From Acanthaster planci (Eukaryota): a stretch of 64,000 nt of DNA. The DNA lies in assembly GCF_001949145.1 (NCBI RefSeq), contig NW_019091359.1, positions 3,326,431-3,390,430 of the forward strand, written 5' to 3'. Both the position numbers and the translations under genes were made by a program. Below, one piece after another: positions 23,490 through 36,656 of this stretch. The notes under the pieces are model-generated. The model searched no databases and had not been told where the DNA came from. It saw only the letters and a list, made by a program, of their open reading frames with translations. Numbering within the stretch: the stretch's first letter is position 1; the number at the start of each line of letters is the position of its first letter.

Positions 23490-26400
23490 ATGGACAATCC
23501 TGAGACATCTTCTGATAATCCACCTGTTCTCACTATGGCGGGGGATTATGGAAATCTAGCCAATTCTCTCTACCCCACAGAAGGTACGTGTAGGTACTAA
23601 AGGCCACGCTGTCTACCAAAGTGTTTTTTGTTATTTTGGAGGTGTACATGTATTCATTGTGGATTTATCAATGAAGTACTGTATGGCGATTCATGAATCA
23701 TAACTAGAAGATACCAGAAGCATACATGTATATGTAGCTGAGGATCGTTTGCTTCATTTAGAGGCTCGTGTCTGACTTCACACCCTGTCATGGGAGTCTA
23801 CCATTGTTTGTTTCATATTAATTTCATCATTGAAAGCCATTTTACAGCTTTACAAAGCTAATCCCGTACCAGTTTTGTAGTAATGTGTGAATGGTTTTTA
23901 TAGACCACAACGTTTAAGAGTTGTTTCAAACGGTTGTTGGGACTACGTGTAGCATGACTGGCTTGTCTGGTACATTTGGGTCTTCAATTCAGTTGGGACA
24001 TGTTCCATTCAGTTCACGAATAAGTTTGCCTGCAGTGCAAAAACAGATAGGTCGATGTGAAATAGCAGTCTGTATGGGAGGCATTTACACAAAACCCATT
24101 TGCTTCTCAAACGAGATTGGTTATCAGTCTAATCAGATGAAAGAAAATGTGGATAATGTGGATATGCAGAAGATTGAAATAGTTTCTTTCTTAAAATTGA
24201 ATGCATTTGTACCATGCTGAAAAGTGTTGCTGAATTTTCTTGGGGGGGAGGGGAGTTTTCTCAGAAGTGATGATTTCTTTTGCTTGCCTGGAATGTACCC
24301 ATTCACAGCTCTTAATGAAAGAGTTGCAACATACAGTAGATTATGAGAAGTTGCTTGAAAAAGCCAGTTTCTTACATGTATCCCTTTCCTCCTAAATATT
24401 GGCCCTTGTAACCACGTCGTATGTTACTGAAAAATACCCAGTTTCTCTAGACCTGAATTCTTTCCTCCCTTCGCTCAAAGTTTGAATTAAAGCCTGCTCT
24501 TTCAAATTTTTACGAAATACCCTTAATCAATGTGGGAGAGGTTTTACCAACTTTAGTTTCTCGTGTAATTAGTGAAACAGAACCAAACGGTAGCGAAGTG
24601 CACTTTGCTTCACCACAGATTTGTTTGATGGTTCAGTTGTTCATTATTTCCAATCTTTTCAGACGACACGCTAACAGGAGGTACTGAAGAAGAGATTGGA
24701 GGAGAAGACAAGAGTAATTCCCCTCTCAGAGAGCAAGACAGGTTTCTGCCCATTGCTAACGTCAGCCGCATCATGAAGAATGGTATCCCCAAGTCAGGAA
24801 AGGTGAGGTTTAGTTTCATTTGAAGAAACTAAAGTTATCGTATGTTGAAGTGATAGAGGACATTTGAAAATATCAAGGTTAACAGATTTATTCAATATAA
24901 CCAACCTGATAAATGTTATTCTCATGGGGTAACTAATTTCTCTAAGGATTTAAGTTGTACATTTTTAGTGAATCAGTTCAGGAATGCTTTTTCATTTTGT
25001 AATTCAACCAAAATTTCAAGGGTACATTTTATTGGCGCATTCTGCATTACTACAGACTTTCGATGGATTTGGTCATTCTGCTGAAATTTGTGACATTGGA
25101 GACAATTTTTGTTTTCTTTGACTTTCTTAGAGCAGTACTTAGGAGAAAGACATTTAGAGATGTGTTGTAGGATTGAAATTAGATCAAGTGATTCTGAATT
25201 ACATAATGCTGACTTTTGTTCTCATGCAATAAAATGCAACAGTAACCAGGCATTTGAACGGGCATTTAGTACCAAAGATGTGACTTGGTTGCCTGACCTT
25301 TGACCTCCAGATATCCAAGGAAGCGAAAGAATGTGTCCAGGAGTGTGTGTCAGAGTTCATCAGTTTCATCACAAGCGAGTATCCTTTGGGAATGTCTTGG
25401 TATTTTAACAAGGAAAATGTAAAGAAGTGGAAAATCTTGACTATACTTTTGCAGTTACTCAGCAATTTTCGCAAGAGGTGTAAATCTATCCTGTTTTTAT
25501 ATGGGGTGGTTTAAAAAGGTAAACCCAAGTGTAAGGTGATTGTTCACGCACATCTTACAATCCAGCGAAGTTTTATTCATTTAGTGTTGATGACTAGAGC
25601 ATTTAGCAATAATTCTGAAAAAGTGGTAACTTTATATGTCATTGTGTTCAATCATGCTTATGAGCAATGAAGTTCCTGTAGACCATTGCAGGATTATTGC
25701 TTAACACTTTACCTATCAACACTAAGTAAATACAAAGTCTCTGGATTGCTGGATGTGGGCGAACAATCACCGTAAACTTGGGTTTACTTTTTTAGAATCA
25801 CCCTAAATATGAAAAGAGAGCTGTCCTGGTTTGAGCCAACATAAAGATGAAAATAATCCTCTGAAATCTACCAGCTTTGGCTCATACATCCTGGTGATAA
25901 TTGAAGGACTTTGATCCTTAACTGGAAGCTTCAGAGCAAGTGACAGGTGTCATCAAGAGAAAAGGAAAACCATCAATGGTGAAGATATCCTGTATGCGAT
26001 GTCCACCTTGGGGTTTGACAACTATGTGGAACCACTGAAATTGTACCTGCAGAAATACAGAGATGTATGAAATGCAACTTGAATTTTGTCAAGTCAAAGT
26101 TTGGTCTGGAAAAAAGTTGCCTAACATTTGAGAAATTCAGTAGCCTGATTCAAATAACAAAATTACTTGAACCCTCATCAGCTGCAGTTTATGTCATAGT
26201 AATAGACTGTAAGCTGTAACTTGGCAATCAACTATGTAATTACTGGCCAAGTAATCAAAGAAAAAAGTAAAACTGGGCAAAGTACAAATGATCATCATTT
26301 TACCTTGGCTTGCTTGGTGTTTTCCAAGTTGTTGTTTTTGGCAAACAAAAAGCATAGAATGGCAAAGGCCCATTGTGTCTTTATATTTAGAGACATCAGA

Positions 26401-27507
26401 AAGGTTTAGGGCTAACAGTTTAGCTATTAGACAGCGTGCTTTGTGAGGCTTGCTTGCTGTGAAGAAAGGGACACCATAAGGCTTTGATTGTATCCCACAC
26501 TAAAGATAGTTATGATATTCGTTGGCCTACTCTGCAGACTTGAGGTGCAAGAGGATCAAAATGTTAAAAGTTGCCAGGTCTACGATCATGCGGTGTAAAA
26601 GTCCCTTTCTCTGATTTCGGCAGGTTGTTGCTCAGGTTTCTCAGAATGACAAAAGACATTCCATCATTTCTTTTCTTTTTTTCAAATGGTGATGACTTGT
26701 ATGTGGATATGCATGCTTAGTGTAACTCATATTTTTACACAACTTTGTGATTCTGTAGTCAATGAAAGGAGAGAAGTCGGTGGTTGGCATGACAACTACA
26801 ACGATAAGAACAGACAGCTTAGAAGACCTCCAAGAGCAGTTCGGTCAGTCCATAAAAAGCGCTTTTGATTTTAGTTGTGGAGTTTCCCAAACCTTGTAAG
26901 TTTTGTGAAGCTTGCTCTATCAGTGAACCTCACAATTGAAAACTTACGTTGATTAGATTACAATAAAAGAGTAAGAGCTCAAAACTTTCTTTAAAGGTAA
27001 AGTCACCTCACATTTGGTGTCATTAATGAGCCTACAGTTAATTGGGCCATGCCCAACATTCAAATGTTAGCTTAGTTCATGGAATTTACTGTAGGTTTCT
27101 TTCCTTGGCATTTACATAATCCTAGTGAAGCCAGTGATACAGATTGGTGATGCATCAATAACATTTGAAAAGGAAGGCAATTATTGTTTACATAAAGGAC
27201 TAGGGGCAGTAAAGTCTTCTTTCTCAGATGCCACATTTTTGTTAACTTGGAAGGTAACTGTTGTGTGTCCCTACATTCTAGGTATCACCGGCAATTTAAT
27301 ATCAGGGGATCAGACTGTCCCGCCTGCGTATACTACAGCGTACCCCACACAGGTAAGAACAAAGCGAATACTGGCTTGCATACTGTGAATTTTGACTTGT
27401 TTTTAAATACAAGGAAATACTGTCACTGAATTCTTTGATAATTGGTCTTGTTTTTTTGTTTTTTTTCCCCCCAGCTTTCCTTCAGCCTAGAGGGTCACCG
27501 GGAATGA
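23490..27507 (+). CDS. NFYB: Nuclear transcription factor Y subunit beta (histone-fold CCAAT-binding factor), ~206 aa
   Basis: Exons 23490-23583, 24663-24802, 25311-25378, 25935-26064, 26759-26843, 27282-27352, 27475-27507 (621 nt, phases consistent). Core [18 protein letters not shown]...[66 protein letters not shown] likely non-coding first exon ends at 20444 (GCG|GTGAGT). Terminal exons are less certain than the core. Confidence 0.95.
25379..25934 (+). other. U12-type (minor spliceosome) GT-AG intron in NFYB
   Basis: 5' site GTATCCTTT; branch site TCCTTAAC at 25915-25922, 12 nt before the end of the AG; no polypyrimidine tract; splicing restores ITSE|ASDRC. Confidence 0.92.
25504..25803. 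mobile_element. MITE with ~60-bp imperfect TIRs inside the U12 intron
   Basis: GGGTGGTTTAAAAAGGTAAACCCAAGTGTAAGGTGATTGTTC... pairs with ...GAACAATCACCGTAAACTTGGGTTTACTTTTTTAGAATCACCC. Confidence 0.75.
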
Positions 27508-28114
27508 GGCGACATGTCTATATTGACCTCCGACCTTTGACCTGTTGATACATCTTGATGCTTCATACATGTACGTCCCACTTTCCTGATGTCATCCAAC
27601 AACACCCCCCATATGCATCAGACACAGATGTAGATGATGTGGTGCAGACAGGTCTAACTTTCAAGGAGTTGAGTAACAAGGCGTATTCAAACTAGTATGA
27701 AGTATTGGAAGGCTGAGTCTAGACCATGTGTTGAGCGTTTACCAAAACACAGTGCACCTGTGTTCTGCACTGCCGGTGTATCAATTTAGTCAATACATGG
27801 GAATGTGTGGGGTGTATGACAGGGGTAGCCAGTCCAGTTTCCTGTGACTACAGCTTAGACTTTTGATCAAAAGAGGAAACGGTGAATAGCCTTAGCCAGT
27901 GTTGGATACTTATGCATGCCTTGGTCTCATATGGAGATGCCGCACCGCGTGTTGCCAACACAGAGTACAACATAAACCTTTGAAAATACTTCAAGTTTTC
28001 CTGAAGATGTACATGTACTCCACATATATATTTCAGAGCATGAAATTACGGTCGGACATCGGACATTTTCCAAGCACTTATTGTGTTTGTCCGAACAAAA
28101 TCAAAGATGCTCGG

Positions 28115-28490
28115 ACTTTTGCAAGCTAATGACCATCAGGATGGCCAGTAGTTCAACGTTGGCTTCATATTTGCAATGGACGTTTGTAATGGCACACATG
28201 ATAAAGTCAAAAGTGCAAAAGTTTTTTAAAAGTGATATCAAGCCATTTTATGCAACATTGTCATTAGAAGCCAGTATCAGTCCTTGACATATAATAAACT
28301 GATTTTTATCGACACAATTAAACCCTACTGAATTTGAATATCAACTGGACTTTCGGTTAGGTAATGGGTTGCTGTGACAGAATAAAATCAACAGGAAACA
28401 TATTTTTACGTTCATTAATCTGGCTTTAAAAAACTTTTGCAAGCTAATGTCCATCAGGATGGCCTTTAGTTCAACGCTGGCTTCATATTT
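28115..28490 (+). repeat. 58-bp direct repeat pair (28115-28172 and 28433-28490) downstream of NFYB
   Basis: ACTTTTGCAAGCTAATG(A/T)CCATCAGGATGGCC..TAGTTCAACG(T/C)TGGCTTCATATTT occurs twice. Confidence 0.85.
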
Positions 28491-31364
28491 ATGTGTTCCA
28501 CATTCTTGTGAAAACCCGGGTTGCAAGAATATCATGATTTACAGGAAGTGAGGAAATAAAGTTTCACTGCTCAAAAACGCTACTGCATATTTAATTAAAT
28601 GAGACCACCGAATAACAAAATAATTCCATCAGATGTCTCGTTCCCATCACAAAAAGCTCACTGGCATTCAGCATACGACTCTGAACAAAAAGCAAAACTA
28701 AGTGGAGGAAGGAAACATACATGAGTGACATCGAGAGAGTGAGGTATTCCAACAGCACATGCCCAAAATGATGACTTTCAGAGGTCATTCATGAACAGAA
28801 ATACATGTATGTGCACATGAGGTTTGCCCCATCAGTACGGCCATGATTGACTAGCGTTTGTTCTCAAATGATTTTGTCTTTATTGAAATATTGAACAGGC
28901 TGATTACAGCTGTGTTCTGATGGCAGAAGAGTTGCCCACCTGGTTTGCTTAGCCACGTGTTTGCATTTATCACCCACAAAACTCATGTAGTATGCATTAT
29001 CTAACTCCTGTGGTATTTTGATATTTACCCAGGTAGACAATCATGCAATTTATGGACTATGATCAGAATAAATATGGCAGCGACCTACTGTCTAGTATTT
29101 TGGAAAGATCACTTAGATTCTAAGATCACCTTTCATCGGTGTACTCTGTAATATGCATGCCAATGTATAAATTGTCCCATTAATCTCAATAGAATTGGTG
29201 CCCTTGGTTCCATTAGAAAACAATTGTTCAGCATTGTATGGGATTGGTGAAATTCTTCAGATGTCAATGACCAGGACAGTGAAGCGCAGGTCATTTGTAT
29301 ATTTTGAAGACTTTTAATACCTTTTTCAATTGAATCAAATGAACAGGTTGGCTCAGTTCAGTTTTGTCACTGAGGTTTTGCTTGAAGTGTCCAGTAGTTT
29401 ACATAGTGAATGTTAATATTGAGAACAATTTCACAAAATAATGGGTGGGAATTTCTCGTCACCAAATGAAACTTATTTTTTCCCCCATTTTCTTGTACAT
29501 GGATGTGTAGTATTCAAGTGTTTCATAAATGACTGAATAAATTCCTGTTATCACTTAAATAACCAACTTGAATTGAGGGATTTTGTGCAAAGAGGGTTTT
29601 TTAATCGCGCCACCAAGGTATGTCCCTTCAGTGGAACTTCCATTTACCGTGACATGTTACTGCCATTTATCATGAAATAAAACTTCTATGCAGCCCCACC
29701 TTACATTGGTAGAAATAGTTCAGTGACGTTTGATTGACAACCCACCAATCAGGTAGTGGGATTTATTCAGGTATTGTGTGATATGCTGCAAAGAGGCAAA
29801 AACATCTAGAAACATTTAAAACTCACGATCAGTTAAGGAAATCACTCTTTTAATTCTAGTTACTAAAAGTAATACTAATTTATTACTGTTCAAAGTATCT
29901 TTCAGGAAAAGTAACTTTGAAACACTTTTTTCTCTGGCTACAGCTTAGGAATACAAATAACTGAAATTGTTATACACAGTCAAATCATTTAAGAAGTTAC
30001 AAGATGTCTGATTTAACACAGACACAGTGGACCCATTATGTTTATATGTTTAGTTTCAAGTTTTATCCTGACCCTCGTACAGTTGTGGTCACTAAGTATA
30101 AAGAGACAAAGAGCAATGTCACAGGAATTTTTGATGTAAGCTGGTTGGTTAACCTTTGTACAAGCAGGAAAGGTCAACAACTTATAAGACGTCTGTTGAC
30201 TTATCTAGCAACCAGATTCAGAAGTCATTAATGAGTTGGTCTCATACTCCTACTTGGCCTCTTCATGATTTATGGGCTAAATGAAGTGTTTGCAACTTGG
30301 CAATATATCAACCTCATTGTTGAAAGCTTGGTCATTTTGTCTACAACTAGACATGCCCCATTCCATTGTTTCTGTCTTAGATAATTTAAGTAGTCATTCG
30401 TTTGTCGGTTGTTAATAAAGGAACAGAAGTGGAAATGGATTGATGAATGTATATTTTTAATTGTCTGTATGTTTTTCCTCTTTGAAAGTGCCTGTCTTTA
30501 AATAAAGCTATAAGCCTTTCTGGCTGTGACAAATTCAATCCGATTGATGTTAAAAATCATTTTTAAATATTTTCAAAGTGAAACATTTTAGTGTTGCATT
30601 CATACGTGTTCGGAAAAGAATTGAATATACTCAGATTTTGGTGTATATTTCAGAACGTGCGGTGTTAATAAAAAACAGTGCGTAATACCAAAATTCTCCA
30701 TGATTGATATATCTTCAGCACTTGCTAAACGAAAATGAATCAAGCCCGCGAAACAGATTTTGCAAGTTAGGGTAGCGATTAAATTACAATAAATATTATG
30801 CACCCATGGAATTATTCTTAGACGGTGTCATTAATGCATTATTTCAGCTCAAAGTAGGTTATTGTCGATTCGCGTAAGAATAAGAATTTTGTCAATGTAT
30901 ACATGCATTGATACAGAGCTAGAGATGAACAATATTTTTGTTGCTTTGTATAGAGGATAATTCAATATTTTACATGTCGCAATTACTCCACCTGAAACAT
31001 GTAACTACTATCTAAAATTTAACAACTCCCAAGCTTTAAAAGAACACAAAATGCCAAACGAAAAGGGTAAACACCTTTTGGTTACCTTTCTGTACACACT
31101 AAAACAATGTAGGCGCTAACGTAAGAATACTTCATGAATTAGCTTTAATACTTCTGTGGATATTTACAATTCTCTTCTTTTTGGTATTCATCAACAAAAC
31201 TTTGCCAAACTACTGAGAGAACCAAATAGTGTAGCATGGTTTGTTACGCGTGTCAAATACTCTCTTTAAGGATACGGTTGAGGCAAGTTTACACACACCT
31301 GGTGGAACAAAACCAGTTTTCCTCCAACTTCACTTGAACTTTACTCATTCTTACCAACTTTTCT

Positions 31365-31423
31365 TTAACCCTAACACTCCTCAGTCCTCCAACAGGTGAA
31401 GGATTGAGGAGGGTTAGGGTTAA
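31365..31423. mobile_element. Tiny TTAA-flanked hairpin element (piggyBac-like ends); second member at 54177-54246
   Basis: TTAA-CCCTAAC...GTTAGGG-TTAA at both loci; 51 and 62 bp between the TTAA sites. Confidence 0.65.
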
Positions 31424-32342
31424 ATCAAGACAGAGAAGATGGGTCTCTACTTAATGTACATGGTGTATGCGTCAAATAAAAACACCCAGAGACACATATC
31501 TGATTCATATTTATATTTGCAAAAAAAATCATCAAAATTTTACACACTCCAACCCTAATATTTAGTGCCACTTTCTGTATTTTTTGTCAAATCTCGTAGT
31601 CGCAGTGGACCACTTTCTGAAGTGTTTTTGAACGACAATATGGAGGTAAATGTAAATTTTCACAAAATGATTTTTCAGAAATATAAATATTTTGAACCAT
31701 TTTCGATTGAAGTACACACTATGAACATTAAGTTGAGATACAATTTGTCTGACCTCACAGAGAAAAGGTTGGCGCCATGAGAACCTGGTATCAGGTGGAT
31801 TTTTGCGCTGAGTGCCAATTATTATATACTCATTCCAATGAATTAATTTGTATCTTGCGTACTAGCTAAGTACAAAAAAGAGTATACGTAGTACAAACCA
31901 GTCAGGAACATGTGAGAGTGGGAGGGGCTAGTGTCCTCGCAAGATACAGTTTCCCAAATATGAGTTTTTATTCATTTTTAACTCCATTGTAGCATATTAA
32001 AGGTGCTGGAGAGAATTTGAAAGGCGGGCCTACATTGGGCCCTAGTTCGTCGTAGTCCAGCCACAACATTTCCTATTAAATCACCAGAATTTCAGATTTT
32101 TTTCTGGAGTCATAGTTTTGTACTCATGTAGGCCTATTTTTCTTTCTGGGTCAAATGTCATGTCTGGCGGCAGTCAGAGTATCATGCAGACTACCGCGGC
32201 TATCGCGTAGACTAACCGCACCCAATCCCATGCACTTCAAACTACATGAGCTGTGATAGACCATACTTAATCACTTAATTTAAATTTCTGTTTCTCAGTG
32301 ACACCATTTCTGCAATTATTCATAACGTTAACTTGGTCCAGG

Positions 32343-34627
32343 TTATTTTTCAGTTTCTTGTGCAGCCATGATTTGTTGCTGGGCTCTTCTCCTCTCCATC
32401 TCTCCAAAGTAATTATAGAAGATGACCGTAGGCACTAGAATAAACAAACCAACGAACCGGAAAGCTACGGCCAAGTCAAAGTTTGGCGCCCAGTGGAATT
32501 TTCCGTGTTGACCAGGCGGGGCGGCTACACTGAAGAGGGTGAAAAACAGACTTCCTAGGGGAGTAACCAAGGCCTGGACAAGGACCAACCAGATGGCTCC
32601 TTCGGCGTATTTGACCAGGAGAAAGACCATGAGGTTGGCCAGGCAGTAGCTTATGATGAACACGAAGTAAGCAGCTGCTGCGGTCATGCATGTAGAGTCT
32701 GCGAAGTACATGCACTTGAGTGCATACAGCATGTTCCTACCAAACTCGTTAATATTTTCCGCCTGTTTGGATGGAAATAAAAATGGAAACTTTATTCCCA
32801 GACTGATCAGCACGTTTGCTTGGACGGCGAAGTACGGGCAAAAAGTTGGTCTAATTGCAAGGAACTGAGGGACTAACGCAATATGGTACCCATTACTGCC
32901 CGAACCGATAATGCATAGTGTTTCGGGTTCCCTCTGTGGTTCTTATCCTGATGTTGCGCAAGTTCTGGAGTTTCTTCTCAAAAGAAAACCTCTAAGCCAT
33001 AAAATGTGTTTACAGTTAATGTGAGGCTCTTTGAAAACGTTGTCAAGGACAAAATGTTTGTGATTCAGTGTTTAAAGAAGCAATTGATGTCGGATTAAAC
33101 CGACAAGCAGTTCAGTTCATGTAATTATTTCTGACACTATTTAGCTCAGGCCTACTAAAGTCACTTACGGAAAAAAATTTATTTCGATCCTTCTGATGAA
33201 GAGTGCGTCTACTTACCGCGCCAAATGAAGGTATGAAATCGGTCCAGAATAACAACGCAATGAACAGCCCATTGTAAAGCTGAACCCATGCCAAGAAGAC
33301 CAGAGATTCCGTCTGTCGATCATGAGAAGGAAAAAAGAGATCCGTTTTAGAATCAAGCCGTTTGGGAAAATCCATCGGATGACACTTTAAGACTGATTTT
33401 TCATAAAACATTTTCACCATTTAACAAACCTACATAGATTGTTCTAAGAGCATTGGTCATCCTCAAAATCACCACCTGAAATTTAGTGACAGTGCACTAA
33501 TGCTTCTTTGAGAAATTTGTACTCAAGCGTGCGAAATATCACCTGGTCTTTCTTGAGTTCTCGTTCGATTAGTACGTTGAGGATTCCGAGGGGAAGGAAA
33601 CCAAGCAGGAAGATGATGGGCCAGATAACTTTCATGACTCCGGTCACAGCACCAGCCACCGGCTCTGTGGGCCCACCAATGTTGAAGATCTCAGGCTCTA
33701 AAGCGATGAAGAGCCCAATGAGAACAATCCCAGTGCACACCAAGCGGCCTCTACCAACTCCTGTGGGGGAGGAAAGTGTGAGGTAGGTCAGAGCAAGATA
33801 AGGAAGATTTTTTTTCATTTGACGGGTTTTCTTCTTTCTTTATAAAATTAAGGGACATTTTAATTAAACGAGTGGTGTATCTGAAGTCCACATTTCGAGA
33901 GTTTAAGTGATGCGTTTTGCTTGTAATAAAATCGAGGGCCTAACCTCCAGAGTTGCATTGACTGGAGTCAATGACTCAACTCGAGCATAGTCACAATTTT
34001 TGCGACTTGACTCCAGTGGCCCGAAATGACTTGACTCGAGTCCTTGCGAGCAAATGACTCAACTCAAGTTCCTCATCAGAAGACCTGACTCGAGTGAAAA
34101 TTGATAAGACTCAAGTAAATAAAAGCAAACTTTGCGAAAAAAATCCAGTGACTTAACGTGTCGGCATATAATGTTCATGCTATGCTTCACTAGAGAACAA
34201 AATTGGCCACCTCCATGGCAGCACAAAACTCACCCTTCCTCAGTAATATGAAACGAAATATGACCGTGAATGGGATACTGGCCGTTGAGAGCAAAGCTTG
34301 TAGTGAGCCTGATGTCCGTCGGGGGTCAGCGCCGTAAACCACTAGGACACCGTTAATGGAGTTAAGCAGTCCAAGTAATGCCATCACCTTGTGGGATACA
34401 GAGGACTTCGTCTCAGCTAGGGGGTTGATGTACTTGTTGAGGAAGACCAGGCCGAAGAAGAAGGGTTGGAACCAAATGGAAGAGTACAGGAGAACTGGAT
34501 AGTAATCGTTGTACTTGTTGACAGTGTTGTTAAGGAGTGGAAGAGTGACGAACATCATAAGATTGGTCAGTATGGTCAGCACAGTCAGTATGACATTCAG
34601 CTTCTGCGATCTGATCTGTATGAGCAT
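32343..34627 (-). CDS. CRT-like (chloroquine resistance transporter homolog, DMT superfamily) multi-pass membrane protein, ~375 aa
   Basis: Exons 34627-34234, 33760-33543, 33312-33217, 32762-32343 (1128 nt, phases 1/0/0 consistent); about 10 hydrophobic segments; motifs GLLNSINGVLVVYGADPRRTSGSLQALLSTASIPFTVIFRFILLRK, WTDFIPSFG, LLVKYAEGAIWLVLVQALVTPLGSLFF. Start codon uncertain because CAG just after the ATG could be an acceptor. Family call from motif recall. Confidence 0.8.
33947..34160. repeat. Repeat remnant built of GACTTGACTCGAG-like sub-repeats in CRT-like intron 1
   Basis: Multiple GACTCAACTCGAG / GACTTGACTCGAG / GACCTGACTCGAG units. Confidence 0.6.
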
Positions 34628-35849
34628 AGTAAAGAGGAATGAAACTTACTGCTGGCTGAAGCAAACTTGTAATGCAAACAAGGATGCAGGGAAACGTAAG
34701 TCAAGAGAAGCCCTTGAAGATATATTTAAAACTTTTCCCAAAAGTTTGCAGCTCCTGTAAGTTGGCCTTCTTTGCGGAGGACTCAGGTTTTTGTGGCGAT
34801 CGAAATGTTGAAATGGAAATAGTGTGGGGATGGATACAAACATTTTTCAGGAAATGAAAGCAAATGAACTATTGCTTTCTATGTAGTTTGTGAACGTTTT
34901 CAAATTTCAAATGGGGGATCCAGGGAAACGCCTTCTGCTGGAGGCCTCGGTGCACGTGCCCGGCCCCCCTCCCCGCCACGTAGTTGTCGGTCACCATCCT
35001 TTGGTCTAAATCATCGGAGAATGAGAAAGAAGCTTGGTTGCTCTGCTTTCATAAAAACAAAGATGGTGGAGGTTATCGTAATAAGGAAAAACAACTAGAC
35101 GAAAAACTATGATACATTTTGGAAAAGTTTTGGAAATTACAATATTTTATACCGTAAAACTGCGACCGCCCCTGAAGTTGAAAGTGTAAAAATCCTTGAC
35201 ATCTGTAGCTTGGCTGCTAATTGGCTGGTGTTCTAAGCCAGGTCCACTGTACGCGTCGTTGACTGGCGTGGGAGAATAGGGCGTGGGTAACAAAGGTGTC
35301 TTGTCCGAAAATTCCTCCATTTTTGCCTCCTTGGTACAAAAAAAGGCAAAATAAGTTGCATTTTATTGGCAGCCAGGGTTACGGTTGAATTCAATACAGA
35401 TATGCTGAAAAGGGACGCATATTAGTTTTAAAAAGTTACATATCATTTTAGTTGATAAGTCAACAAGTCTAAATGAATTTGCCACTCACGAGGACAAAAT
35501 TTACTTATGAACCAAATCTATAAAAAAGCCTCGAGAAACATATTGATACTAAATCCAACAAAACGAACAGACAGACACAACGACTGGCAAAAAGTTCAAC
35601 TTTAACAGAGCCTTGGGCGTTAAGTTGAACAAAATACATTTACCCAAAAATCTATTGAGTGTACAGTACGAGCAGTACATCGCTGTACAAGCTATTGACA
35701 TAATTGTGCAATATAGGCCTACATGTACCTTCTTAAAAACCTGTGATATAAAAACTGATATCTTTTTTATGGAAAGGTTAGAGGCAAGGAAAACTGGAAA
35801 TAAAAATAACAATAATAGAGTTAAAGATAACTATCATTGGTTGAAACGG

Positions 35850-36598
35850 CACCACCAAGTTCTCAGAGAATGACAGGTTTTTCGTAAACATGACAGATTG
35901 GGCTCAGATATAGTCAACATACACTGTTGCCGTGTGGATAAATCCACTTCTTGCTTTATGCCAATTGTCCTGAGAAATGCATTCCCATGATGGTCAATCA
36001 TGACTACTTTCGGTGGAGTTTTCGTGGTCTTTCTGTTATCAATACCGCTTCATGCGTCATCTTCCAAGATCAGTAGATTTTTGTATGGAACCGAGTTTCT
36101 TATGTAATACCACTCGCCCTCTGCATGTCACGGTCTTTTCTTTCATAGGCAAATCCCGGCAGTGCCATCATTAATATTATAAAGGTCAGCAAACGATGTT
36201 TCCGGCATCATGTAATGTTCAGTTAGCCGTTGCAGATGACGGAGGGAGTACACATCAGCCTTTCGTTGCTTAAGTTAATTAAGGGATGAGCTCCGAAGTT
36301 CTGAGCATTATGGCAAATCCGGCTTCATCCTAGCCACATTAAATTTACAAAATTGTTCAATTGATGCCAGCCGAGTTGTTTGAAGGAGATGATAATAGCG
36401 GGTATTTTGCTTGCTCTCTAGGTCGTACCCCTGTACTGTAGCCCCTGCGCCATGAAAGGTCATGGAGGTAGGAAAAGATCCAACAATGCTCCACTGTCGA
36501 AGCGACTTCGTCCCATTGCTGTACACCGAGTAGGGTGGTTGAACAAACTGACCCACATCACTTCACCAATACACTCGAGCTGGCTCATAGAAAGTCAT
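35850..36598 (-). pseudogene. Decayed single-frame ORF of unknown family (~250 codons, 6 internal stops)
   Basis: The frame of ORF 36308-36556 stays protein-like on both sides (MTFYEPARVYW*SDVGQF...LRHLQRLTEHYMMPETSFADLYNIND...HAEGEWYYIRNSVPYKNLLILEDD...) with four TGA and two TAA stops and no frameshift needed. Confidence 0.4.
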
Positions 36599-36656
36599 GG
36601 GTGACTGGATCAGGTGTCACAATCGCCAACGAACTTCCGGGTTTACTAACGAAAAC

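Noticed and set aside
34616..34843. Upstream coding exon for the CRT-like gene using GTAAGT at ~34649
   Set aside because: The implied intron is only ~34 nt, and upstream frames give no convincing protein.
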